Positions 13,552 to 29,172 of a stretch of 64,000 nt of DNA are shown in pieces. The notes under the pieces were generated by a model. That model worked only from the letters and a program-made list of their open reading frames with translations. It had not been told where the DNA came from and made no database searches. The stretch comes from the human T2T-CHM13v2.0 reference genome, Homo sapiens. The position numbers were made by a program, and so were the translations under genes. The DNA lies in the NCBI RefSeq assembly GCF_009914755.1, contig NC_060936.1; one strand, 5' to 3'. Numbering within the stretch: the first letter of the stretch is position 1; the number at the start of each line of letters is the position of its first letter.

Positions 13552-15235
13552 TGAGGGGTGACAGCATGCTGGCAGTCCTCACAGCCCTTGCTCGCTCTCC
13601 ACGCCTCCTCTGCCTGGGCTCCCACTTTGGCAGCACTTGAGGAGTCCTTCAGCCCACCGCTGCACTGTGGGAGCCCCTTTCTGGGCTGGCCAAGGCCGGA
13701 GCCCACTCCCTCAGCTTGCAGGGAGGTGTGGGGGGAGAGGCGGGAGTGGGAACCGGTGCTGCGTGTGGCGCTTGCGGGCCAGCTGGAGTTCCGGGTGAGG
13801 GTGGACTTGGTGGGCCCCGCACTCGGAGCAGCCGGCCGGCCCTGCTGGCCCCGGGCAATGAGGGACTTAGCACCCGGGCCAGCGGCTGTGGAGGGTGTAC
13901 TGGGTCCCCCAGCAGTGCCAGCCCACCAGCGCTGCGCTCGATTTCTCGCCGGGCCTTAGCTGCCTCCCCTCGGGGCAGGGCTCGGGACCTGCAGCCCGCC
14001 ATGCCTGAGCCTCCCACCCCCTCCATGGGCTCCTGTGCGGCCCGAGCCTCCCCGACGAGCACCACCCCCTGCTCCATGGCGCCCAGTCCCATCGACCACC
14101 CAAGGGCTGAGGAGTGCGAGCGCATGGCGCGGGACTGGCAGGCAGCTCCACCTGCAGCCCCGGTGCGGGATCCACTGGGTGAAGCCAGCTGGGCTCCGGA
14201 GTCTGGTGGGGCATTGGAGAACCTTTATGTCTAGCTCAGGGATTGTAAATACACCAATTGGCACTCTGTATCTAGCTCAAGGTTTGTAAACACACCAATC
14301 AGCCCCCTGTGTCTAGCTCAGGGTTTGTGAGTGCACCAATCCACACTGTATCTAGCTGCTCTGGTGGGGCCTTGGAGAACCTTTATGTCTAGCTCAGGGA
14401 TTGTAAATATGCCAGTCAGCACTCTGTATCTAGCTACTCTGGTGAGGACGTGGAGAACCTTTATGTCTAGCTCAGGGATTGTAAATATGCCAATCGGCAC
14501 TCTGTATCTAGCTCAAGGTTTGTAAACACACCAATCAGCCCCCTGTGTCTAGCTCAGGGATTGTAAATACACCAATCGACACTGCATCTAGCTACTCTGG
14601 TGGGGGCCTTGGAGAATCTTTGTGTCAACACTCTGTATCTAGTTAATCTAGTGGGGATGTGGAGAACCTTTATGTCTAGCTCAGGGATTGTAAATGCACC
14701 AATCAGCACCCTGTTAAAACAGGCCACTCGGCTCTACCAATCAGCAGGATGGTAGATAAGAGAATAAAAGCAGGGTGGGGCCAGATAAGGGAATAAAAGC
14801 AGGCTGCCTGAGCCAGCAGTGGCAACCCTCTCGGGTCCCCTTCCACACTGTGGAAGCTTTGTTTTTTCGCTCTTTGCAATAAATCTTGCTGCTGCTCACT
14901 CTGTGGGTCCACGCTGCTTTTATGAGCTGTAACACTCACCGCGAAGGTCTGCAGCTTCACTCCTGAGCCAGCGAGACCACGAGCCCACTGGGAAGAATGA
15001 ACAACTCCAGACGCACTGCCTTAAGAGCTGTAACACTCACCGCGAAGGTCTGCAGCTTCACTCCTGAGCCAGTGAGACCACGAACCCACCAGAAGGAAGA
15101 AACTCCGAACACATCCGAACATCAGAAGGGACAGACTCCAGACACGCCACCTTAAGAGCTGTAACACTCACTGTGAGGGTCCATGGCTTCATTCTTGAAG
15201 TCAGTGAGACCAAGAACCCACAAATTCTGGACACA
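13552..15235 (+). mobile_element. Full-length LTR12C (ERV9) solo LTR
   Basis: Starts tgaggggtgacagcatgctggcagtcctcacagccc, has a CpG-rich U3 and tandem tctagctcaggg/ccaatc repeats, ends ttctggacaca. 4-bp TSD CTTT (13548-13551 / 15236-15239). Confidence 0.96.
14220..14810 (+). promoter_or_regulatory. LTR12C enhancer/promoter: NF-Y (CCAAT) array plus GATA and TATA-like boxes
   Basis: CCAAT at 14254, 14295, 14336, 14490, 14531, 14572, 14699 and 14737. AGATAAG at 14754 and 14783, each followed by AATAAAA. Confidence 0.7.
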
Positions 15236-16506
15236 CTTTCAGCCAACAAGGCAAATCAACATTCTCAGGGCTAGGCTGTGAGGCCAGCCTGTGAGGGAAG
15301 CAGGTGTCCCTGCAGCTCTGGCCTCCACTGCTGGGGTGGGGTGGGGAGGGAGGCCTGTGCCCCAGGGAGTGGCCAAGGCAAAGGGGCCCCTCTTTCCCGA
15401 GCTGACATCAGGGTGTCAGGACAAGAGCAGAGAGAACTGAATGACCCAGCTCTGGCCTCCACCTGGTGGGACCCGGCCTCCCTGCAGACCCACCTGCAGC
15501 CGCTGTCCCTGCTGGAGGGACAGAGAACAGCCCGCCCTGCAGGCCACAGGGACCACCCAGACCCTGAGCTGTGAGGAGACCCTGGAAAGTGGGAGCGCTG
15601 GTTACAGAGACTTCTTCTGGAAGGAGAAACCCCCTCACAGGCACCAAGGGAGCAAAGTGCCCCTGGAAACACAGCTGATCCCTCCAGCAAATAAATTTCC
15701 AGGCAGATTTGAATTTCAGATAAACAGGAATGATTGTTACTCTAAGTATGCCCCCCCGTGGGTAGTGCTCCCAGCAGATGGGCCTGCTCCATCAGGAGGA
15801 GGCGGGGACTGTGGGCAGGGAGGACCCGTGTCTGCCCTGAGCCCCAGGACACAGATCACTCTGGAGGGGCGGGCCACACGGTCACAGGAAACACTGGGCT
15901 GAAAACACTCCCGATAATCTTTTGAAAGCTTATCCTGTGCACTAATTTCCCTAGAAGATTCTCTGTGGGTGGGAAACAAGGTGTATCCTGTAGCTCAGGG
16001 ATGAGGACAGCAGAGAAATGGCCCTTTTCAACATTGATGTGCCCCGGGCATGTTTATGGGCCGGGAAGAGGCAGCCAGAGGACAGGAAACAGTTGGAGGG
16101 GGAGGAAGCCTGGGGCCTCTTATCACTGAGGGGCAGGTGAGGGCGGGGGGCCGGGCTGGCTGCAGCCATCAGCAGCTCTCCTGAGCCGGGAGGGGAGAGG
16201 TGGCGGGAGGTGCTCAGACCTGTCCTGCCTTCCTATCTGTACACAGATGTCTTATGTATAATATGTAAGGACATTGAACACATTGATGTGTCACATATTT
16301 AGCTCTTGGATAGACAACTTTTTTCTAAAATCTGTTATTTTGCTTTTCAGTATCCATTTCCCATCCTCTTGCTAAACGAACCCCCGTGTTCTTTTGGGTA
16401 ATCAGTCAGATCCGCTGACACTGCAGTTCCCGTGGTTTAGGAGGAACTAACCCTGCCCCTCCATTCCCGGAGTCCATGTCTGACCCATCAGAACCAGTAA
16501 GAGGAC

Positions 16507-17040
16507 AGGGAGCTTTCTCTCATCACCAGGATCCTGTTGCAAAAAGTCAGAATCGGTGCATGAAACCACCACCCAAGGACACATTTTTCATTATTTCAAA
16601 TGGAAAAAATTACAACACTTCGTCCTAAAATTTCTGCTCAATCCCCTAAAACAGTTAAAGCACAGGAAAATGCTTACATATGAAGATCCAGCTATCATGT
16701 CAGGGTGCACAATACTGACAGGGTCCCTTCTTGATGGGCAAATACATGATCAACAGGGTTGTCAGCTGACTGCCACCTGTGCGCGGATGGAGCCCCCTGC
16801 CCAGCAGCTCGCGTCAGTGCGGGTGAGCGACCCTCAGCCCCTGCTGGCATCTGGTGCACTTTTCAACACAGGTCTACGTGATCACCACAGGCATATTCGG
16901 AAGTCACTTGATTTGTTCCTGGATATTGTTTTTTTACACGTATATTAAGATTTGTTAATGGGAGTTGGATTCATTCTTATGTAATCAGCCATTTTTTCAA
17001 GGAGACATCTGCACATTCTATGAATTTTGGATATTAAAAC
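16507..17040. mobile_element. Possible ancient TcMar-Tigger relic
   Basis: AT-rich block whose left end (cagggagctttctc...catttttcattatttcaaatggaaaaaattac) resembles old Tigger subterminal sequence. Family assignment is weak. Confidence 0.3.
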
Positions 17041-17049
17041 CAAGAGGTG

Positions 17050-17335
17050 ACTCACTGCAATCCCAGCCAAGCCCAGGAAGGCATTCTGCAGATTATGTCA
17101 ACTGAGTCTGACGTTCTATGGAAAGGCGAAAGTCCTCGAACAGCCAACACCGTGAGGAAGAACAGAGTTGGAGAACCCACATACCTAACTTCAAGCCTTA
17201 TCTTAAAACGACAGTAATCACGACAGAGTGGTATCAGTGCAAGAACAGACAGACAGACCACTGGGATGAAACAGGGAGCCAGGAGTAGGCCCACAGAAGC
17301 CCCGTCAGCTGATCTGCGATGGGGAAAAGCCGGCT
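17050..17335 (+). mobile_element. L1M ORF2 fragment
   Basis: gaagaacagagttggaga...acctaacttcaag...acagtaatcacgacagagtggtat...gacagacagacc matches L1 ORF2 3' text. Confidence 0.75.
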
Positions 17336-17417
17336 CTGGTGTGGCCTTTGCCCAGCGGCCACCGTTCAGGATGGGGGAGCAAGGACACAGGTGATGCCAG
17401 GGCCCCACAGGGAAGAG

Positions 17418-17545
17418 CTGGGCCAGCAAACATCTTCCGTCAAGACCCAGAGCCCGTGAGGCCTGCAAACATCTTTTCAGGGCACACAGGCTCTGATGCA
17501 GCTACTAAAACCTGCCATTGTTGTGTGACAGCCACTCGGGAAACA
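17418..17545 (+). mobile_element. MER58A-like hAT-Charlie fragment
   Basis: cagcaaacatcttccgtcaag...tctgatgcagctactaaaacctgccattgttgtgtga. Confidence 0.5.
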
Positions 17546-17675
17546 AAGACCCAGCCCACGTGCAGACCCCTCTTCATGGGCCCAGCAGAGGTGAATGGGC
17601 CCCGAGAGGATCCCACGGGCTTTCCCCAGAGGACGAGGCCATGCCGGGGCCTCATTACCCACAGATGTCACACGG

Positions 17676-17871
17676 CTCCTCCTCCTCCCCTCCTCCTCCT
17701 CCCCTCCGCCTCCTCTTCCTGTTGCTCTTCTTCCTCCTCTTCCTCTTCCTCCTTCTCCTCCTCCTCTTCCTCCTCTTCTCCTCATCCTCCCCTCTTCCTC
17801 CCCTCCTCCTCTTCCTCTTGCTCTTCCTCCTCCTCCTCCCCTCCTCCTCCTCCTCACCTCCTCCTCCTCCT
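17676..17871. repeat. (TCC/TCT)n polypyrimidine simple repeat
   Basis: ~195 bp that is almost entirely C/T on the + strand. Confidence 0.95.
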
Positions 17872-17909
17872 GTCCCTGGTGGGTGAGCCATCAGCAGTGA
17901 CCAGCCACA

Positions 17910-18045
17910 CACTTTGAGTCTGGGGACAGCAACCTGGATTCCGGTCTTGCCTCTGCCTTAGCCTCACTCTGTGGCCCTGGGTGAGTCCTGTCCCTTCTCC
18001 AGGCCTCAGTTTCCTCACTCATAAAATGAGGAAATTGGACTCGTT
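17910..18045 (+). mobile_element. MIR
   Basis: Core gcctcagtttcctcactcataaaatgagg with upstream MIR-like text. Confidence 0.7.
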
Positions 18046-18451
18046 CTTGGCTCCTCAAACTCCAGTCTTCACTTCCCACCTTCCATGTTCCATACACATT
18101 ACTTATTCCACGTTTTTCTTTAAATCATCTCACTTTCACTTCACTAAATTCCTCTAAAGAGGAAACATATTTCACCACCATAAGCAGAAAATCATTCTCA
18201 CTTACCATAAGCAGAAGGTGGCTTGAACGTGAAATGAAGACAAAATGATGTTATTCACAACTAGCTAAGGCCTCGTCTGCCCAAAGCTCTGAGTCTGATG
18301 CCCACTCACAGGGGTTGAAAAATCAAACACCACCGGGGGCCAGGATGGGATTTTATTTGCATGTTAAAATGATAATGATGAGGAAGAAACTTAACAATCT
18401 ATATTCTTCAGGTGTACAGGCTCACTCAACCCTCGTAAGAGCCAGAAAAGG

Positions 18452-18587
18452 GGCCGGATGCGGTGGCTCACCCCTGTAATCCCAGCACTTTGGGAGGCCG
18501 AGATGGGTGGATTGCTTGAGCCCAGGAGTTTGAGACCAGCCTGGGCAACATAGTGAGGCCCCATCTCTATTAAAATTGGTTTTAAAA
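18452..18587 (+). mobile_element. FLAM_C/AluJ-type free left monomer inserted in a minus-strand MIR
   Basis: Left arm only (ttgcttgagcccaggagtttgag). TSD aagagccagaa at 18437-18447 and 18588-18598. MIR text resumes at ccccacttcacagacgaggaacctgagg. Confidence 0.85.
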
Positions 18588-19939
18588 AAGAGCCAGAAGT
18601 GGCAGGTGCTGTTCTCATCCCCACTTCACAGACGAGGAACCTGAGGGTCTGAGACACAGGAAGCTGCTCGATCCTCCAGCCAGGATGAGGCTGAGGGAGA
18701 GCCCAGGCCAACCCGCTCTTGGAGTTTGGACTTTCAACCGCGAATTTTCCACAACCGTATGGAAATGTTCGTCCAGGGGTTCTGGAAACACTCAGTCCCC
18801 ATGGTCTGTCTTCTGTTTTCCTATTTTTGGTAAGCATTAAAAACAAAACAAAACAAAACAAAAGCTCTTCCCTTTCCCTGTTGGTCCATTCTGAGGAAGC
18901 GTCACCCAATGTGGTGACAAACAGTAAGTGGCATCAGCCCCAGCGTGGCAGTGATAGGGCGTGGTGGGGACTGTGGCGCGGAGAGTCCCCACAGGAAAGG
19001 GAGCAGCGGCTTCACCCACAGATGCTGCAGCAAGGAGAGCCCCGTGCCAGCTGCCCAGGCTGTTGGATCCGTTCAGGGATCCGGCTTGCACGTGGGCCCA
19101 CGAAGGGGGTCTGCACGCAGGCAGGGTCTCTGTTCCCCGAGCATCTATCCCCAGCACCCACAGCAGTGCCCAGCTCAGCTAGGGTGCAATAAATGATGTG
19201 TGAACTGGTGAATTCATGGAAATCTCCCACTTTTTACCTATTGGGGATTAATTCCATGTTTTAAGTCTGGGCCGGCAGTGCCACGTGGTCCTCCAGGTGT
19301 GTCCTCTGTCAGGTGCTAGAGGACACCCCAAGGTCAGCAGGGGCTTCTGCTGGGTCTCTGAGCCATTATTCTCTCGCCTGCCTCACGTGAACACAGGTTT
19401 CCTGGGTGGAGTTTAGTTGAGAGATCGCAGTCATTCGCAGGAGGAAACCTGCTGCTCCCTCAGGGGTGCAGTGAGTTTCAGGCATTAGGACGGAGCCAAC
19501 ACCCAGGCTTCCTAAAGCCCTGAACATAAATTTCTCTCAACTCCCTTTTCTTGGGAATTAGCAAATCAAACACTGTATTTTTCAGTGTCTCAAATCTTGC
19601 TTCCTTCCAGCTGAGCCCAAGGAGAGTGAAGGGCAGAGGGTGGCACAGGGTGGAGATTTGAGAAGTTTAATTAAAGCCTCAGGTTCAGGCGCAGGGTGAT
19701 CCTGATCCATCACCAAGGTGTGGCCGCTCCCACTTCATGAAAAGACAGCCCAGCCCTGAGGATCAGAGCCATCTCTCAGATGGAGGAGAAGTCAACGCCT
19801 GACAGCCTTCGCTCATTTGACAGATGCTTCCCCTGAATTCTCCTCTTGGTAATAAAGTGGTCTCCATGGTAACTGTTGAGGCCTTGATGATGGATTAGAC
19901 AGGCTATTTTTAATCATCCTGAAAACAATGTTGGCAGGC

Positions 19940-20157
19940 ATGTAAAATCCTTCCAGAATCTTCCAGCTCAGCCGAGCCACCAGCAGGATGCAACTGAGGA
20001 AGTGAACCCAGGCAACGCCACAGCAGAAGAGCCACCCAGCTGGGCCCTGCCCAAGATCCTGACCACAGAATTGTGAGAAATGATGGATTACTGATTTTGT
20101 TTGAAGTGACAGCATTTTTTGGGTGGTTTGTTAAGCGGTGAGACGTGAGTCAGGACA
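19940..20157 (+). mobile_element. MLT1 (MaLR) LTR 3' part
   Basis: cagaagagccacccagctgggccctgccc...cctgaccacagaattgtgagaaat...gggtggtttgtta. Confidence 0.65.
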
Positions 20158-21166
20158 GGTGGTACAGATTGGGCATGGCTGGGACTTTAGTCAGCCAGGA
20201 GAAGTTGTCCGGCATGGCTGTCCACCGGTCTAGGACCCAGGCCACACCGCCCTGCACCTGGTTACCTGCAGCTCATGTTAGTGCTGCCTGGCTGTGTGTG
20301 TCCCCTCTTTCTCATTAGGTGCTTTAGTGCCCTCCTGGAATGTCAGGATTTAATTTCCATTCAGCTTTAATAAGTCCTCCTGGACCGTGTGCTCACAACT
20401 GAAATTAATTTCTCCAGCCTGGCTTTGGCGATTTTCATCCTTAATTCCTCTGTGTCCCCAGGGCACCTCCAAGCATGTTGTCTTAATTCATCTTCTGTGA
20501 TTCAACAAAGGGATTGTCCCAGCGTGGGGCACCCGCATGCCATGCACGTCTCACCGCAGCCACACCTGGGCCAGGTAGGATTAGTTCAGAACTGCTTTTG
20601 AGGGGCTGTTGTCATGGACACCAAGGGGCAGGTCCATTTCTGGTCACAGACGTGCATCCAGCTTCTGTCTGCAGCCAAATGGAAGCAGCTGCATTTGCTG
20701 AAGCCACAGGGGCCTGTGGTCGCCGGTCCTGGGTCATTTTGCCTGCCTGGCATTTGTTCCCTCTCCTTCCAGTAACAAGCCCTGATGGGCTCTGCGCAGC
20801 CACACCTTCCCCCTCAGCTGTCACAGCCCCGTTGGAATTGCTTTCTCCTGGGCCAAGCATTTCACAGAGGCTGCACCACTCAGCCCCTCCTAGTCCGCTG
20901 GAGAAAGTGGCTGAGGGGGTGGTGGGGGATAATTGCATTTCCAAAGTCCGGGCAATCAGCCAATGTAAACAGGCACCTGCGTCACTGTGTGGGCTCTCTA
21001 GGCAACAGGTAAAATACATCAAATACACACAATTTCCTGACATTCCAATGCATTTCTGCGTGAGCTGGGATGGGGGAGGCCGCTGTTCCTCTGGGCTGTT
21101 TCTCCTCTCAGCTCTGAGCCGAGCAGCAGGTGGGCTCCTGAATCCCCATCTCCAGGCTCAGGGCTG

Positions 21167-21726
<560 letters not shown>

Positions 21727-22647
21727 GCAGCCTCAGAGGCCTCAGAAAATGTCCTGGCTGCAGGTGAAAGAAGACGAGGGTGCAGCTTCCCCAGCGTGCT
21801 CTGAGCTCAACCCACCAGACACAACCCCCTCTCACGGTCACACGGGCCCCCGGGCTCCCCTGTGGGAAAGGCCAGTGGAAACGGCAGCATGGACGGAGGC
21901 ATCCATGGCCCTGTGATGCATGGCTGTGTCAGTGGATGATCTGAGAATTCACCCGGTCCCCAGCACCCCATATCCGCCACCCCATCCTGCTGCTCTTCTC
22001 TTTCTCTCTCATGACCTTCTGCCCCTCTGGGCTCCTCACTGAGGACCACCAGGACTGTCCCCGACACCGATGCTAGCTGGGATGTCCGGGCGTCCCTCCC
22101 ACAAGGTCTGTGCCTGGAGAGGGATGGGCACTGGTGTAAGGCCCACTATGGGGGGAGACCAAGGGCGGGCAGCTCACCCAGGTGCTGAGGAATCCAGGCA
22201 GAGCACAGTGTCCTTTGCTGCAGGGTCTGAGGGCTCTCTGCCCATAGAGCTGCTGCGGCTACGCACTGTTACATCTCCGGAAGATGTGCCTTGTTATGCT
22301 CTCAGTACTTATAAAAAAGGAATTCTCTGTCCACAATTTATTCCTGTGCTTTAAAAGTTTGAATTCCAGTGGAAAAGCAGCAAGAAGACATGAGCCTCAA
22401 GGATGGTTCTGGAGATGGGTCTGATGATTGTGCTTGGTCCACCAAAGCTTCCCACGAGAACAGCATGTTTGTTTTTGCTGACACCCCCAGCCCCCAAGCT
22501 CAGTTCCTCTCTTGGGAGGCTGAGGGGTCACAGGGTCCTGAAGTGTCCCCGGGCTCACACCCAAATGGAAGACCTGTTTTCCTCAGGAAGTAATCCTCGC
22601 CAAGCATGTCAGGTGTAGGATACCATATGTCAGAAGTCACAACAGGA

Positions 22648-23052
<405 letters not shown>

Positions 23053-23587
23053 TCACCATCCGTTAAGTCACTGAATTTGAATTACACACTTTTGAGGATT
23101 CTGAATGGGAAGAGGCACTCATAAACTGCCTGCGTGTATAATCCTGAGCCTTGTTGCTGTGTCAGCCCCATGAAAGCTTGTTTATTGGTAAATATCAAAA
23201 TGCAACATTTCCCTCAACTTACCTTTAATCCTCTTTTTATTACGTTTTCTAGACAGGAATTTCTTCTTTCAAGGAAGGCTGTCATAGAAAGACATGTCAC
23301 CTTGAGGCGTTCCTTACCATTGTCAATAGTGGAGGACACGTTGTCTCTCTTCTCTTCTGTTTCAGCCCCACTGTGGGTCCTGCGAGTCTGCACCTACTGT
23401 AGCTCCACCGTGCTGTTTGTGCTCTTCCACCTCAGCCTCCCTGGATGGCTCTTTAAGTCAACTTGCATTTCCCTAGGAGAGGTTATCACTTCCTGGGTAG
23501 CTGGGCAGAGCCTGGAGTCAGGCAGCAGGGGTGGAGCCCTGGCTCTCCTTTCACCGGATGTGTGGCCTTGATAAAATCTTTCCATCA

Positions 23588-23877
<290 letters not shown>

Positions 23878-24194
23878 GTCTTTTCATCTCTGTCACCGTC
23901 AGTTTCCTACTCTTGGACTGATTGTAGGACATGTCACATAGAGCCAATGGATGAGTTACTAAATATACAGAGGTTAGTACCAAGCCTGGCTGGAACACAG
24001 CAAGTACTCAATAAATGCTAGCTATCATTATTATCATGATTATAATTCTAAACATTTTGTTGGCTTTCTATATTTCTTTGTTACCTCAGGAGACAGTGAT
24101 TCCCTAGAATATTTCTACTGTGGCTCCTGGTTATTTACAAAGTGTTGTCAAATCTGAAACAAAAGGAGAAAGACAGGAGAAATCCCTGCTGAAA

Positions 24195-24390
24195 AATAAT
24201 AGCCACCATGTCTTGGGCATCTACTAGGTGCCAAAAACTGTATTAAGGACAATTGTGATCTGTCTTTTAATTCTCACAACATCCAAGTGAGATTTATGCT
24301 ATGATCTTTTTCCTTTTTCAGACAAAGAAAACAAGGCCCGATGCCTGCAGCTAGCAAGTGGCAAAGCCAGCATTTGGATCAAAGACACAC
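24195..24390 (-). mobile_element. MIR
   Basis: aataatagcc...ctactaggtgcca...tttaattctcacaac...cagacaaagaaaacaaggc...gctagcaagtggcaaagccag. Confidence 0.7.
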
Positions 24391-24774
24391 CCCCACTTTT
24401 CACCATGGGGTGTTTCTCCTTCCTGGTCCATCCCTAATTACCTTAAATCTAATCCTCAGTTCTCTCTAGCACAGTCCAAAATAGGACAGAACATCTCTCA
24501 TTTTAGAGTGCGCTGTGCTGAGAACTTACTTGGAGAAATGAAGATTTAAAAATTTGTCCCCCCTCTTTCAGTTTTAGTTGTTTCCCATGGAGACAGGTCT
24601 ACTGACCTATCTCCATGATGACTTATTCTTTCCTTACCTGTGTGTCAACTCTCCTTACCTGGTGTCAGACAGACAGTCTGGGGAAAGCATTCTGTAGCTC
24701 CTTTGTTGAGATTTTTCTCCTGCATGAGCCTTTCACCCTCTGTGGTACTTTCGATCTCTCTGCTGAAATTTGCT

Positions 24775-26470
<1,696 letters not shown>

Positions 26471-26529
26471 CATAACCCTTTTTGTTAAGGGTGCTGTTTT
26501 TTTTTCATGACCTATTAGTCAGAAATTCA

Positions 26530-26848
<319 letters not shown>

Positions 26849-27875
26849 TCACCACACATAGCTAAACAGAACACTGGAGAACGTAGTTTGTGTTCTAAAT
26901 AGTCATGTACTTAGCTAAATATTTTAGACAATGGAAGATGCAAGGAATGGTCATTGAGGTATAACCAGTAGACTCTGCCACACCCTGGAAGTTTCTTATT
27001 CTTCACATTTTCCCCTTAATTTTATAAACAGAAATACTAAGGTTGAGAGAAGTGGCATCCTTTGTCCCAGTCACATGATTCCACAGCATCAGAGCTGAAG
27101 CATGAGCCAGTGTCTCAAGATGGGAAAACTTACCTATTCAAGAACCAGTCCTCCAGGGCCCACTCTGCACTGTGCACCGTTTTAAACATAAATGTGATGA
27201 TGTGAGTGAAAAAAACTCAATTCATGGTGACGTGATATGGGGAGAAGAGCAGACGATGCAGCAATTCACTATCTGGGCTCATCAGTGCGGCTTCCTTCAT
27301 ATTTCCCAAGTCTTTGCCTGGAGATAACTAATATACATGCCTAACGCTTTCTGTGCTGAAGCTTGTTATTTATATTGGGTTCACTTAAGACACAAAGATG
27401 GCTGGCAGATGAACGTCTTCACTTATCTTACTGTGAGTTATCTGATGTAGGTGTTTTAATTGGGACTAATATTTTATAAAACATATCTCATATGTATAAA
27501 AGTCTGATTAACAATTTAATTTGAGCCTGGGGTAGAAACAGGGGTTGAGGAGAAACTCTCCTGCCTGTGCAAGTAAGATTTTGCAATTTTCCAGTATCTT
27601 ACATCATTCTGATGGGGAGACATTTCTAGTCTGTTGATCCATCCTAAATCCTCTTTAAATACTCTGCAGTAGTCTGGATGTTGAGGAGGTTCTTCCTGTG
27701 CTGTCCTAGGGAGGGGCAGAAGACTGGAGTTCAGGGATTGAGAGACAGTGGCAGGGAGGAGCTGCAGGAGTCACTTCAAGCACCCCAGCTGGGGGCTACA
27801 CACCCTTTCCCCAGTACAGGCTGCAGGCTGCCGAGAGCCAGCAGACACCTCCACTCCAGACTCCAGGGGCTTTGT

Positions 27876-28519
27876 TGTTATAAGTACAATGTTTATTTAG
27901 AAATAGAATGCTTGTTCCTCAGTACCTCAAGGAAAAATCAGCATTCAGACAAAAAAGTTTTTCTCAGCAAGACAATTTTACTTTCTGCAGAAACAGTGCT
28001 CCTCGCAGATGGAACAATGGCGAAGGCACACCTGAACAAAGGAGGGAAGCAATTTTCATCCCTTATGCAGCTTGTCCCTGCTACTGTGTCCTATCTCCAT
28101 TGGCTGGAGCCAGACTGCACAATCTAAACTAAATCTGACTGGCTAATAATTTAAAACTTTCTTGAATAGGTAAAGGCAACAGAGAACAAAGGAAAAGAGG
28201 AAATTGCTTACAAAAAGACTTAGAGAAGTAATAATATTTCTAAATAGGGAAGGGGCATAGACTGTGAGCATGTCCAGCACAGATATCTTTGTTAAAGTAA
28301 AAGGACATAGAATGTACTTATTCCCATATGTCTAACAGCTACCTAGGGTAGGGCTTAACAAAGAGTTATTAAGAAAAAGCAAGAAGGCTTTAAAGAAACT
28401 ATTATGTAAAACTATTTAAAAACTAGTTTAGTTTTTAAAAGAAACTATTATTTCTAACACTTATGATTTGTTCTTTAACAAGAAGGGAAACTTTGAAGAT
28501 GAACTTTTTACTTTCAACA
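27876..28519 (-). mobile_element. LTR10-family (HERV-I) solo LTR inserted in an L2
   Basis: Minus strand starts tgttgaaagtaaaaagttcatcttcaaagtttcccttc and ends aataaacattgtacttataaca. TSD tttgt/cttgt. Confidence 0.75.
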
Positions 28520-28709
28520 CTTGTCCATGGCTGTAGCCCCACCATGAAGCACAAAACCTGGCACATAGTCAGTGAGCGGAACGTGGTTAGAATGAATTAA
28601 GGAATGCACACTACTGAGGACCTAACAACCCCATGTCCCTGAGGAGGCAGGAATCTGGGCTGAGCAACAGGGGAGGGGAGTCCATGGCTCCATGTGTGAC
28701 AGGAAGTGC

Positions 28710-29172
28710 ATGGTCAGGAAGGTTCAGCTGTGGGAAAAGAGACCCCCAAATAAGAGTGGCTTAAATGAAATGGGGATTTCCTGTTATCCACACTCCAGGA
28801 ATAAATTGTCCAGGGCCCTGTGTTGACCCCAGGATGTAAAGGCCCCAATCTTCCAACATGGGTGCTCCAGTAGCCCTGGCTGCCCCTTCCCTACTGTGAT
28901 CCAAGATGGCTTCAGGCATCCACTCTCCTTCAGGGGCAAGTGGAGAGAAAGAAGAGGGCAGGCTTTAGGGGCATGACCTGGAAGTGCTATGCACCATTTC
29001 CTCTCTCATCCCATTGGCCAAAACATGGTCATGTGACCACGCCTTGCTGCAAGGGAGCATGGGAATTGTAGTCTTTATTCTGGGAGTTCGTGTGTCCTGC
29101 TAAATCCTGGGGACTCTATTGCCACAGAACAAAAAAGGAGGAAAGCACACTGGGGGCAGCAGTCACTGTCCC
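28710..29172 (-). mobile_element. MLT1J/K-like LTR
   Basis: aataagagtggcttaaa...ccaagatggct...catcccattggccaaaacatggtcatgtgaccac...gctgcaagggag. Confidence 0.7.

Noticed and set aside
13558-14525. Multiple ORFs in LTR12C
   Set aside because: GC-rich U3 and tandem repeats of a solo LTR. No gag, pol or env is present.
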